Shown here: positions 40,364-53,575 of the stretch, piece after piece
Numbering within the stretch: position 1 is the first letter of the stretch
Layout: each line of letters starts with the position of its first letter
Assembly (NCBI RefSeq): GCF_008831285.2
Contig: NC_045138.2
Location: 42,532,001 to 42,596,000 of the forward strand
DNA: 64,000 nt
Source: Nymphaea colorata
Lineage: Eukaryota
Direction: 5' to 3'
Made by a program: the position numbers and the translations under genes
The notes under the pieces: generated by a model
Database searches by the model: none
Seen by the model: the letters and a program-made list of their open reading frames with translations, nothing else
What the model was told of the DNA's origin: nothing

Positions 40364-43300
40364 TCACAGTCCCCCAATCTTGTCAAAAGCAACCTATGAT
40401 TGTAAAATATAATCATTCCCAGGAGTCCTGCAAATATACTGAAAGTTCACCGAATTGATAGAACACAAACAACGGAAGTTTCACTTACTGTCAACAGTTC
40501 ATCAGGATCAAAAAGATGTTGAGACGTCGTCTGCAAAATGTCAATTACAGCTCCCACCTGACGGGCATTTAACAATTCCTCCTCCTTCATCTGCAGCCAT
40601 CTCAACTCTTAAAAAAGGTACACAAACTTTTTTCTTTTATCAAAAGGAATGAAGAGGAAAACTTTTGCTGAACACTTGTGGGAAGTGGTAAAACCCTTTG
40701 ATTGAACCTCCCCAGCCCAAAAAGATACACCAAGCTTCCACTTGCATCAGGAGTTGAAGCCCACAGGAGTCAAACTGCGGCTGCCTGCCAGACAGCCACA
40801 TCCCACTCCAACGCATGGAACCTCTTGGGACAAGATAAGCAAAATTCAATACATCTAGTTGATCAATGAGACCACCATTGAGGGAGACAAAAATGGAAGT
40901 ATACTTCTTTTTACAAACTTGAGAGAATGTATTTGGCATGAATTTCTAAGAAGGAATCCATGAGAACATCACAAAAAGTTAACCAGATAATTGGAAAACC
41001 CTGGCATTTTCTGGACAAGGTAGGCAAAATTGAATACATCTAGTTAATCAATAAGACACCCATTGAGGGAGACAAAAAATGGATTATATATTTTCTTACA
41101 AATTTGAGAGAAAATATATCATGACATGAATTTCTAAGAATGAAGTAAAAAAAGCATCACAAAAAGTTAACTAGATAATTGTAACACTTCTGTGGTGTTT
41201 TCTCCAATATCATGTAATTCAGTTTTACCTTGAAAATTGCTAAGGCAACACGGAAGAGAACCTTCACACCCTCATTGAACAAAACATCCCAAACCCGCAT
41301 CGTCGTCTGCAATTTTCCAGGATTAAATTATTATCACATACCAAAGTAACATTATAACATCAGTAGCCAGAAACTGACATTCATGGCTTTATTGAGAACA
41401 GGCAGCAGCAGAGTTGTTTATAACTTTATACAGACACACCAGAATGAGCACAAACATCAGACCTTCATCATCTATAACAGCAAAGCAGGAAAGATTGCTT
41501 CTAAGAGAGTAAAAACAGTGACAACCATGGAAACAATAAAGATAACAAGTGTACGCAGCAAGCTGCAAAAAGCCAAAAAATTGTAAAATTATCACAAGGA
41601 GGACAAGGTCCCTACAAGAATCTATGTAGTCAAAAGTGCACCTAGGTTCCTTGAGCTACCTGTGATAACCTGGTTGCCTAAGCCGAGTGATGATAGGTGG
41701 CCAGAAAAACTAGTTTACCTGGCACCATAACCACATTCACCCTATGGTTGGGAACAAAAAGTAAGTCGCAACCTCTCTATTCTTTTTCTCCTTCACTGCC
41801 ACTCAGCTCCTATTTTTCTTCTCTTTCTTTAAACATTTAATTTTTTTTTCTTTTTTGTTCGATCACAGCCCTCTTTTCATCCTTCCCTCTTAATCTTGCC
41901 TTTTCTCCCTTTCTTCTTTCTTCTTTTCTTTTTTTGCCATGACCCCGTACCTTCATTGTTTTTGTTGCATTTGCACTTTGAATTTTTCAACTACTTAACT
42001 CTTAAAAGAAAAAAAAAAAAAGATGATGTGGATCTTGATTTATTTCTACAATAAGCAAACTTATTCAAGCTTTATGTGAAACATATGCAATTAAAGTAGG
42101 ATTCTTAATTTCAAGCTCTTTAAGCCAAGCAGAAAATTTTTTTCTAGAATCTCTAAACTTGTTATTTAGAAATCAAACATTTCAAACAAGTTGTTTGATA
42201 GACGTTACAAAACATAATGTACTTTATGATTACTTCATGAGACTAAGAGTTAAACCAAGCTAACAGCTTGCCTGTTGGAATTTAGCAAAGTGGTCTTGGT
42301 TTTAACACTTTCGAACATCTTTATGAGCTAACTGATGCCATACTCTAAGCAGCTTGCCTTCTTTTCCAACACCAGTACCCTAGATTCTAACTTGTCCAAC
42401 CAACAGCTTTACTTCATTCATTCAATTGCTACTTGTACAAGAATTATGACAGCATTTGTAATTTATGTAGATGAGTTGATCAAGACTATAAGTCAAATGT
42501 TTAGTTTTTAGCATAATAGTCACAAATAAAAGCGATATTTTTGAAAATATCATGTTTTTATCACCAAACAGCATGTCATTGGAAAAGAAAAAACTCACAA
42601 CATTTTCAAAATCTGGCTAAACAAATATTTCTCACAATAGTATCATAAGATTTTTCCTTTTCAACAAAAAATGGGAACTTCTTTAATGTTCTTTTGTATA
42701 TTTTGACATTATCAGAACTTCAAAACGAATCTTTTATCTTTGTTAATATTCCTATAAGCAAATGAATTAAATAATTCTTAATCATTTTTTTAATATCTTT
42801 TAGATATTTTTAATTTACTGAGTTTGCAAGATTTTCTTGTAAAAGACAAGTTTGCTACAATAAATGTGAAAAACCTCAACTGGCAAAAACCTGAACTATA
42901 TTTGTGACTATGTTTAGCATTATTCTGCATTTTATTTTTCTTGTTATCATAAGTTGATAGCCATATGGTTTCCATTGGAAAGTGCTCTTTTAATCAATTT
43001 GAACATTTAATAATTCATTTCATTGGTTTTCCCATTTTAGAATGTTCAATTTCCCTAGTCCAGCCTATGCTCTAAGCTTTCCAAGTACACTGTGCATCTG
43101 ATGCCCTTGGTGAAATTGCTACTGTCATCTATCTTTTCAAAAAGTTATACCTGAGGTGGCAACGTGTGAGTTGCCTAATGAAATGTATTTGTATGATTAG
43201 AAGTGGTCCTCATGAAATTTGGGATTCAGTATAGTGCTTGCATGCATAAACATGCAAGTCTGTGTGATTCAGAAGAAAAAAAATAATAATGCTGGCCAGT

Positions 43301-43579
43301 TGTAAGGTTAAACATAGATTCTACAGGGATGGTATCTTTCGTATCTTGGATCAGGGGGTGGAAGAGACATTTTGAAGGAGGACGACACCGACAACGAAGA
43401 GTTGTTTCATGAAGGCCAAGACAGAGGAGGTTTTGGGTGATGGAACTTTTCACTCAAAAATCTCCTCTGTTTTGGCCTTCACAAAGTGGCTCCTCGTTGA
43501 CGGCGCCATCATCGCTCAAAGGACTCTTCCACACCCCTTCCATGTTCACAGAGAGAAACACACACACACACACATACAC

Positions 43580-43631
<52 letters not shown>

Positions 43632-45897
43632 CAAATAGCGCATCTCAGGTCTCATTTTGATGGTGCCATTATCGTACATGTCAAAAAAACACATGCATTC
43701 ACGCATGCAGAAACACATGCAAACATATGGTGGTCAAGGGGCTTTTGTTGAAAAATCTGAAAACAAAAAGTGGAAAGGATCCATCAATTGATTCAAGCCA
43801 TGAATAGGAGACTAGGACCCCATAGTATATGAAAGCTAGATCAATTCTAAATGTCATAGGGACTGGACACTAATTTTTTCAACTTGAAGGCATCACCGCA
43901 AGGCAGGAGTAGGAAACTCACTAAGCAGCTAGCGGTTCAATTTCCTTCAGCTTGGTAAAATGCATATTCATGATCTAATTGCTTCAAAAGCAAAGTTTGG
44001 GTCAGATGTATAAATGTGCTGAGTCTGGTGGCTATTCATCTCATGTACAAGAAGACTCGTTATCTATGTCACATAGGTACGGGTGCCGGTACGGGTGCGG
44101 ACCATTTTTAAAAACTTGGGTACGGGGGTACAGCCGTACACACACATGCACATATACATATATATGTTAAAAAATTTCAAACAAAATAACCTATTCGCAC
44201 ATATATATATCAAAAATTACAAACAGAACAAAATATTCATAAGCAAACAGGGAGACACAGAGACAGAGAAGGTCGATCGAAAGGTGAGAGAGGCGACTTG
44301 AGTGTGAGGGTTTCGAGCAGTAGGAGAGGAAGACTGGCTGGAGACAGAAAAACAACTGTTATTGAAAAAAACAAAAGGAAAGAAACAAGCAGAACACCGT
44401 GAACATAGAAAAGGGGTGGCCGTCGGCGGTCGTCGCCGACGGCGAAGGCAGGGGTGGAGCCGATGAAAATGAAAAGAAAAATGAAAAAAGGAAAAAAAAA
44501 TATGGTGATAGTCGCCTCCTACCGTCTGTAGTCGCCGCTGCCGTCGCCAGTCGCCCCTACCGTCGCTCGGTGAGAGGTAAGAACAGACGAACGAAAACTT
44601 TTAAGTTTTAAGGGTTTCGTTTCTTTTTGTTTAATGTTAAAATGGTTTTAAAAGTTAAAATCAAATAATCGTTAAAAATAAAAGAGGACGGATTTGGGCT
44701 CGGTCAAATTTGACCATGTCCAAAAATGGACGGATACGGCCTCCGGTGCGTTGACCGTACCCGGAACGGTCAATGCCGCACCATCGGCGTACCCAAGCCC
44801 GTACCCATACCCATACCGGTGTCATACCGATACGGACGGGTACTTCACCTTCACAGGCGTACCCGTGTATCATAGCTCATTATATGCTATATCTACATAT
44901 TTGTGCTAACTCACATGAACTTGCTGCAACAGATGCGGCACCCAAGTCAACATCGCCCAGGTGCAGGCGACATGCTGCTCTGGTGCAGTAATCAACACAG
45001 TGAAGACCAGTTCGGTGCACTTGGTCACACTAGACTATTTTCGTCCAGAAATAGCTATGCACCTGACTTGAGTCTGATGCAATCATGCAGCCAAAATGAC
45101 AGCTATCTTTATTTTCTGTATGTGTTGCATATACAGTTTTAGTACATATGAATATGATACACATGATATATGCTTAACATGTTTACAGCATGCATAGCTT
45201 TCAGAAGTCAATTCATATGTTTCCTAACCATTACGGTTCAGCTTTGGTCAGTCTGCGACTTGTTTGCAAGCCACATGCAATTGATCCTTATTTTATATTA
45301 GATGATTCTTCCCTCGTAAAACCTGCATAGGAAAATTATATACACACACCAACACTAAATTTAAACTTTCTTTCAGTCTTTCAGGTCATGAACCATGGAA
45401 GTGGTATCACTTTCTCATCAATAGGATTAGCTGCAACCTTGCTGGTTTTGGAGGTTGGTTTGCAGGGTCTCTAGGAGTCCTTTCTAGTTCTATATGGATA
45501 TTTTATTAAAAAAAAAAGTATTTCACAGAATTCTTTTGTAATGTTTTCCAAGAACAATATGGCATAAAAGGCCTGAGCGTCTAAATATATCTAAATTTTT
45601 CTCTTTGCCCACAAACCAAGAACCTTCTGAAGCGACTTTTGTTTATAAATGATTGTATTTTTGGTAAAATGAAAGCTTTACCTATAACTGCAGAACCAGT
45701 CAAGCAACTCAAGTTGATTCGATTTTAATATAAACTTGACTCATTAATTAACAAGTAGAGTTCAAGACAGAAGGTGAACTCAGTTGCTCAACAGAGTCAA
45801 GTTCAAGTTCTTCACGCCCAATTTACATGAGCTCAATCAGACTCATCAGAGGTATAAAATTCAAGTTCTCCATGCTCAATTCACACAAGCTCGATTA

Positions 45898-45941
<44 letters not shown>

Positions 45942-45996
45942 TCATCAGAGGTATAAAGTTCAAGTTCTCCATGCTCAATTCACACAAGCTCGATTA

Positions 45997-46072
<76 letters not shown>

Positions 46073-49000
46073 TGTCCCACACAATTACAGGTGTGGTAGC
46101 TTCTTCACTACAGTCGCTACCCTCCTCCTTCCTATGAACTCCTGCAGAGAAACGATCCAACAGAACACACCAGGCATGCAAACTTACGCAACGGTAATGA
46201 GGAAAAATGTGAGACAATTGTCATTAGCCCACTGAAATTTTAGATTTCAACTTAATCCCCTTATTCTCTTATGTAGATAGGTGATTCAGATACTGGTCTT
46301 CCCACATGAGGTAAGAGATTTTGTCACGACCCGTCCCACTCCCGCACCAGGCCCAGGGTCTCAGTCTGGCCAATCCTAACCTGCTCCCTAGCCGTTTCAG
46401 TTCCAACTCTGAAAAGACTAGGTACCGTGACAACTAACCACTCAGCAAAACTCTTTATATGTCCCCGAAGATTCTTGAAGATTTCTTCCAATCTTTGACA
46501 TGGGACTAAACTTTTGGAGTGTTATAGGTCCACCCTCACTTACTCATTAATCTAATTACACTACCAAGGTAAATCTCTATATTGTTGTTAACAGGTATCA
46601 TGGTTTTTAAAATGCATAGGCATCCTCTCAAGTACACATTTTTTAAAAATAAGAATTTTCTTATTTCAACTTGACAAAGTTTAGCTGAGCAGCCAAAGCT
46701 GAGTTCAAGGTTTAGTTAGCTTAAGAGCCAATCTTGAGCTAATGGACTCAAGCTTGGCCCAAAGCTGGAGCTGAGCTTCTCCAGCAAGTTTGCACAGCCC
46801 CAACCCAGCTTGTGCGCATCCATAGCTTTACTTGTTGACAAAATAAAATTTCTTAATAAAAGAACAACTATAGGAAACAGCATATCCTAATAGCTTAAGG
46901 AACAACATCCCTACACAAACTATTTTCTGAACATAATAATATCATTGTCCAAGGGTACATACAAGGGCTTACCTCCGATGGCAGGTTTTTACAGAATAGG
47001 CACAAGAACCATTCTGTGGCTACAAGAGACACATCAAAGCCCATAGCTTCCAAATTAGCAGCAATTCTAGATGTTTTTTCTGCATAGTCAGTATTCATAT
47101 GAAGAAGCACTAAAATTAAGAACCTTAAAAACATGCACAACTTACTTTGGACATTTTTTTGCAAGCAAATCTTTGAATACTTTTTGCTCAACATGGCAAC
47201 CTGATAAATTGCCAGTATAGCAGTCATTGACAAGCACATTTTCCAAAAGAACAGCAAGCATCCAGAATGCATCTTCTTCTGTTTTCATCACAAGCAATAG
47301 GAAGGCAGCCACATAATTTAATCCCTGTGAAGAAGAAAAAAATATTGATATGCATTCAGGAAAACTATAAGGTGGTCATCAACTTGATTGCCTAGAATAT
47401 TGCTTACTTGACAATAACCAACATCAGAATCCCTAAATGAATAGCCAACAAGAACACGCCGCAGAGATGCATGACCATCTGGAGTGTCCAGCCAAGGATG
47501 GCATGGGAATGTACGTGGTAAGTCCTGCGTTAGTTTTTACATAAAAAAGAATTCTGAAACATGAGAATCACCCAAAAGCAAATCAAGTGAGCTAATTAAT
47601 TTCATGGTTAGACTTGAAAGAATGATAACAACAAAAAGGATTCCAGGTGCTCAACAGGTTAGAAATGGAGATGTTACTACTTCTACTGGGCCCAGGCACT
47701 GGCAGTCACAACCATATATCTGAAATACCTAACATTTTTCCAAACACAATTAGGACCATTTTATCAACAACTTGAAAAGCAAAGCTCATAAAATGATGGG
47801 ACAGAACTAGAGATATAGATTCTGACAGGCTGTTAAATGATATGCTAACTCCCTGTGAAATTCATAAACAGTATGCACATGCAGTTCCAAAATTCCATTA
47901 TATACAGTGTTGCTAACTGTCTTCTACCTTCATTTATCTTCCATGAATAAATCTGAGTCCATATTGTTGAGCTGCTATAATAAATAGTAAGAAGCAATTA
48001 AAATAATCAGAATTACTTATCAGCTCCAAAATTCAACATGTTGTCACACTGATAATGTCGCAGCATGACTTGGCAACAAGAAAGAACAAAGTAAAGATTA
48101 GGAGCCAGTGGTTCATTACATGTCTGAACATGTTCCAATTCTTTCATGAATCTTTGCATTCCTCAGCATCAATTCACTAAAACATATGTATGGATTTCCA
48201 GAGATTGATAATCAGCCAAATTCATTCATAAGTATGCACTACAATATAATTGACAACCACCACATATCTTAGTAAATGGATGTCATTCAGCATTTGAGTG
48301 AAAAGTTCTTGAAACAGGACAGGAGCACTGGATGGATAAATCGGTACAAAAAAACTGAACCTTCTTAGTTTTTAATTTTTACTGCATCCTCTAACTAGTA
48401 GAAGTTGGTCGGCAGATATTACGTTCATTTGATCCTAAACACTAACTGGTGCCATATCCAACCAATTATGGTATATTCATATTTGTCCAATAAACTCCCG
48501 TATACAAATATGGATTAAGGTAAGTCATATGGTCAGATATGAAAGATACCACATGTGACCACATTCAAGAACTGAGTTCCCATAACCACATTATGTTGAG
48601 GTGAACTCAGAGGGTTCAATGGAACAGAGATGTTGACTTAAAAACTTGCATCAAGCGGCCTTTCAATTAAATGAGAAAAATCCAACTTTATATTTTTGCT
48701 TGTGTATTGGCTTTCAAGCTATGGGAAATCAACTAATAAGGAATGTTCTAATCATCATTGTAACCTTTACACTACAACAGTAAAGTGGCCAGAGACATTC
48801 ACCACAAGCACTTGAACGTCTGCTCAGGTAACATCTTTTCATTACAGACTGTAATGATTTGCATAACAAAAATTTCTACAAACTAGGTTGCAAGGGAAAA
48901 AGGTCCAACTGCAAATATTTCAACAGGAAGACTACCTGTACAACCAATTTGACAGATCACAACGGGCCTAACAGCCTACCTGGATCTAGACTGCAAGAAA

Positions 49001-51725
49001 AAGCTGCAGACTAGCACACTAGGTAGTATGATACTGAGTATAAGAAAGAATCTAATTTTATCAGATTCATAGATATAACACTATTGTGAAGCTCTTCCTC
49101 AAGTTCATCATGTATGAACAAGATGAACATAGTCCTATATCACATGGATTCACTACTTTGGCTTCCATATTATGTTCTTTATATAGAAGTTGTATTACAA
49201 GTCTTATGAAAAATCGTCAAATCTCCATATCTGCAATTGCATCAATGCCATATAGGTGCAAACCTGGTCACTTTTTTAGGATATCCCTTTTTTTAAGCCG
49301 ATCTAAATAATATGGTATCTAGGCCGAAAAAGTACAAGATACAAAGTTACAAACCCAACCTTTGAAAGCCTTAGTAAGTACAGTCCAACTTTGTACCATA
49401 TTCCTCCAACTGGTCTACTCAAGCTTGACCAAACTCACGTGGCCCCACGTTTGATTCAATTTCTTAGTCTATGATGTATAAGCTGTGTCAATTATTTTAA
49501 GGCTAAAATGTTAAAACCAGTATTTTTTTTTCTCTACTAACTTTATGCTACAACTTAGGGCTTGCATCCAATCACTTTTGAACTTGACGCAGCTTCTACC
49601 TACAGCGCTCCAGAAGATTCCACACGGATGACAATTGAACTTCACCTGATTCTTGGTAGACCTTGATCAAAATCCCATACATATGTAACTGCAAGTAGAT
49701 TTAAATGATCTAAATGCAAGAAAAATATATCTATCGCCTGCACTTTCACAATTTTGTTACACCCTTCTTAACCACAACCCCAACTCAAAACCACAACCCT
49801 AACTCAAAGACACAACCAATACCCATTGGGTATGCATTCTGCAAATAGAAAGCCTAGAACTGAAAGTAATCAAAACTTTAATGCATACCCAACCAACATA
49901 TGCATGCCTAACTGATCTAATTGAACTGTCATTCCCAGATCTTGAGACCATAACCATTGTTCCATGAACAAATCCTTATTCCATCTCTTTGTTCATTTGC
50001 TCATCTTACTAATTACCCCAGTTCTGCCCCTCACAACATAAAACATTCTGATCTGATTTATTTTGTGTTAGGATTGAAAGAAATGATCATTAACGTACCA
50101 AATTTGGTCACCTGTTAGATATTTAATAACCAGAATGATCAGCAAATAGAAGATTGGCTTTTAGATCAATATGGCAGATATTTCCACCACCAGGGAAAGA
50201 CAACCAAAAACAAAGGTCAAAATACATGGAAGTGTTTGAAAAGACCAAAAGCAGCTTGAAGCATGCCATACAAACTATTATTAACCAGAACATGATAACG
50301 AAAATAATGTAAACCAATAAATTCAAATAAAGGTTTCTGCCATAGGATATTCAACACAATGCAGCCTGGAAGTAGCTGAAAAGTGGATTATCAGTATGTC
50401 CGACATAATTAAAATACCAAGAACCCACATGCCATTTTCGTTTGATTTTGCAACATATTATTATTTACCAGGAAAAAGGAAAGGTCAAAACTTTTTAAAT
50501 GGAGCATCAGCATTGAAGGAAGGCCATCAACTTACCTCTGGTTTTGCTATTGAAAGATAATAGCCACCTCAACGTTTTTTTTATCAAATGAAAACATACA
50601 CACACCTAAAAAGAATTTCTCAGTTTGTGAATTAATGATGCGCTCCCTTGTCATGTCATTCATAGAACATGACGATAAATTCTCCCATCAAATGAAAAGA
50701 GCAGACCAATACTTCAGTTAGGATGCTAGATTTGAAAGCCTCGCTAGCAGAGGAATACTAAGGCATGGTTTTCTCCTTGTATATTGAAATTACCAACACT
50801 GTGTCTCTTCGAAGATCTTGGGTTATAGTGATTTTGACTAAATTTTTACTGGCCTCATCTATCATTCTGGCACAGAAATTGGCGTAAAGATGCATAAAAG
50901 ATTATTCACGCTATTGGATGCCTTAAATGCCACAAAGTATGTTATCAGATATTGTAAAAACTAAACAATGATACTCCTACGACTTCGAATCACAGTCCTA
51001 TAGGGCAAATCCCTCCCAGTGTCCTAAATATCATTCCATTCGGATATTAAAAGAAAGAAAAAATAATCACAATGATTTCGATGACAAAATCTGTAAATGT
51101 ATAAGCATCAGTCAACGCATAGCAGTCGATCATCAACAGAACCGGGTAACACGATTTACATCTAGAATCACTGAATTCACGTGAGAGAAGATGGGAACGG
51201 AGAAAGGAAAAAAAAAAAAAAACCCACGTGATCAATCTGGAGGGTGGCAGGCGTGACTTTGCCTTCCACAGCCTTGGTGAGATCGGCGTAATAGCTCTCC
51301 GGGACGGTCGACCTCTTCTTCAAGGCGCCAGATACAGACAGCCAGACCTTCGGCCTTAAAACAGGGGGAATCCCCTTCCGAATAAGCCGTTTCAGTAAGA
51401 TTGAGTTTGCCAAAACGGATATCCGCAATGACGAAACCGTAATGCCCTCGGATTTCTGCTGCTTGAGGTACCAATCTTTGCCCTTGCTGTCCTCCACAGC
51501 CAACCAGGCCCGCCATTGCTGCCTCACCCTCTCTCTCACCTCATTCAAGACATTGACATCTTCAAGATTTCCTTCCACGGGGAACTCATAGGTGTCGACG
51601 AACTTTACCGTGACGACACTGGTGGCGTGCTTTTTCGCGGTATCTGCATCTTCGCCGGTGTTGTTGGTGGCGCCATTGCTTGTCAGATTTTCGGAGTAGG
51701 GCCCATCCTGCTGAGTTGCATGCAT
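40364..51725 (-). CDS. TBC-domain (Ypt/Rab GTPase-activating) protein, ~365 aa; exons 51725-51228, 47524-47408, 47324-47146, 47066-46973, 41306-41229, 40590-40489, 40393-40364
   Basis: Spliced translation gives LKRLIRKGIPPVLRPKVWLSVSGA, QIDH|DLPRTFP (Arg finger), VGYCQ|GLNYVAA (Gln finger), EEDAFW, ATEWFLCLF, TTMRVWDVLFNEG, HLFDPDELLT|VAFDKIGGL*. All introns are GT-AG with consistent phases. Confidence 0.93.
40838..41181. repeat. Diverged ~155-bp direct duplication in TBC intron 5
   Basis: gcaaaatt.aatacatctagtt.atcaat...ccattgagggagacaaaaatgga...catcacaaaaagttaac.agataattg at ~40838 and again at ~41022. Confidence 0.85.
43332..43559 (+). ncRNA. Long imperfect hairpin; candidate MIRNA or hairpin RNA
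   Basis: Arms 43332-43440 and 43450-43559 are reverse complementary around a 9-nt loop, e.g. tgaaggccaagacagaggag / ctcctctgttttggccttca. The hairpin is certain; expression is not. Confidence 0.45.
43557..43628. repeat. Compound (CA)n/(GA)n microsatellite
   Basis: Visible directly. Confidence 0.95.
44064..44875. mobile_element. Non-autonomous hAT element (812 bp) in TBC intron 4
   Basis: TSD ctcgttat / ctcattat (7 of 8). Termini CTATGTCACA / TGTATCATAG; GTACGGGT/ACCCGTAC subterminal repeats; CpG-rich. Confidence 0.85.
45683..46803. mobile_element. Old CpG-decayed relative of the TCGAGC-repeat hAT family, with nested insertions
   Basis: TCAAGC/TTGAGC repeats at both ends (deaminated TCGAGC). 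Ends gtttgcacagcccc, like the cagcccta end at 57594. Confidence 0.5.
45839..46068. repeat. ~60-bp direct repeat pair, each copy followed by a microsatellite
   Basis: agactcatcagaggtataaa.ttcaagttctccatgctcaattcacacaagctcgattagg at 45839 and 45938, followed by (AT)n and by (CT)n(AT)n. Confidence 0.9.
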
Positions 51726-53417
51726 CCCAAGAAGGCAACCGCACAAATGCAGGAGAAGAGAGCTTGCTGGATGTTTAGAACAGAGAGAAAAGGAGGAGGA
51801 GGAGGAGGACGACGTAAGAGGCTGAAGTCAACACGCTGGTGGAGCACTGAAAAGGCCGGCGAGAGAGGGAGAAAAAGAAGAAGAAGCAGCGGGGTGTGAT
51901 GGCGGAAAATGGGGGTGCGGTGGTTCTTTCTGGCTCTTTGGTGGTGAACCCAAGAATCTGAATCTGGAAATACGTCGTCGCCTCAAAGACAATGTTCGTG
52001 GCTGGCCTCACGCGGAATATAGAAGTACCAGTTTCTTGTCACTTGTGGTACCCACATTGAATATTGCGTACAGCCTTTCCAAGTAAATTTTTTAACAAAA
52101 TTTAAAGCGCTCGAAGATTGTCTTTTGATTGAACAAACTGATGAGTTCAGGTTTCAACTTTCATGATAGAAGCTTTAAAAACGAGAATAAAGTGAACAGC
52201 TACCGTGAAAGTTTCTTTTTGTTTGTAAAAGTCCGTCTTTTTTCACTTGACTTTTCTTGACGAAAATAAATGAAAATGGAACCAGAATCAAGGCCCAACG
52301 ACTTAGCGATGGACTTTGCCTTTTCACCAGCAAAAGTTTTTTACAAGGAAAAAGGCAGTACAAGACGGAAAAAAAAAAGTTAAAAGGATGGGCAATACAA
52401 GAGTGATCCTCCATTTAGTATCTCGTCTCACATGACTTTGACAGCACAAAAGAACATGATCGAATGAATTGCCCTTTATCTTTTGTCTCTTTCGATGTGG
52501 AAGTGCCCTTTGTAGATAGGTCGTACACCGCTGGAGAAATAAAATACGGCAAGGGGTTTGACTGCCTCTTACCTTAGATCTAGGAATTCTTATGTAGCAA
52601 ACTTTTGTTCATATGGCAAAAGACAACAAATTCATGATCTTCAAGTTAAAGATCGTGTTTGACCCAGAGTATAGTTGAAATCTTCATTTTGCCCTTTATA
52701 TTCTACATTCTCCTATATTGGGGACTAATTTTAGATATACTGATCTTAGCCTTAGGTCAAAGGATTATAGAAAACCAAGCTTTTGAGGAACCTCATTTGA
52801 AGTTGTGAACCTTACATGAGAGAGAGAGAGAGAGAGAGAACTGTGTGCACCGGTCTGTGGAAAATACTCTTGTGATGCTGCCACATGGTATCGGGAGGTT
52901 TCGAGATTCGATATGGAATCGTGCACAGGTGGGGTTCAAAATTACGTTGGAATATTGTCTTCAATAAAGGAAGAATTTATTGCGATAACTTAAATGTTTT
53001 TTTAGTGTACTGACTCAACCAAACAAAAAAGAATTATCACTCGAGCCGAAGAAAATTCATCATCAAGCACAAACAACATGAAGGTTGGAAAAAAGAACAA
53101 ACTGCTGCAAAGCTCTTGCATGAGAAATGAAACGAAAAAACAAAGAATAAATGAGCATATATCTTCCCTACGTCGCACTTTTCTGGAGCATGTGATTTTA
53201 AGCATGATTCTCACACACTGCAGATGGCATGGCTGTCATCTTTTCATCATCATTTGAAAGTAGCAGCGAACAATCTGAATCAGAAGTGGAAGAACGTGAA
53301 TATTCGAAGAGAACCAGCGTTAGTTACATGTAACCGAAGGCTCATAGGAAAGTATTGCCCAGTAATTATTCCCGTGAATTGATGAACGATAATACTACAT
53401 ATGCAGGTGTCATAATA

Positions 53418-53575
53418 GATGTAGTTCCTGCAATAGGCATGCTATTTGATGACGAGTACAATGCTTACATGTTTTACAAATTTTTATGCTCAGGGACATG
53501 GATTTAGTGTTAAAAAATGTACGAGTGATAAAAATACACTAAGTAGTTGTGAGAACGTTATTTGTTTTGCTCCAT
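53418..53575 (+). pseudogene. FAR1-type DNA-binding domain remnant (Mutator/MULE transposase or FRS-derived)
   Basis: DVVPAIGMLFDDEYNAYMFYK(frameshift)YAQGHGFSVKK matches the FAR1 N-terminal motif P..GM.F.....AY.FY..YA...GF.VRK. Confidence 0.7.
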
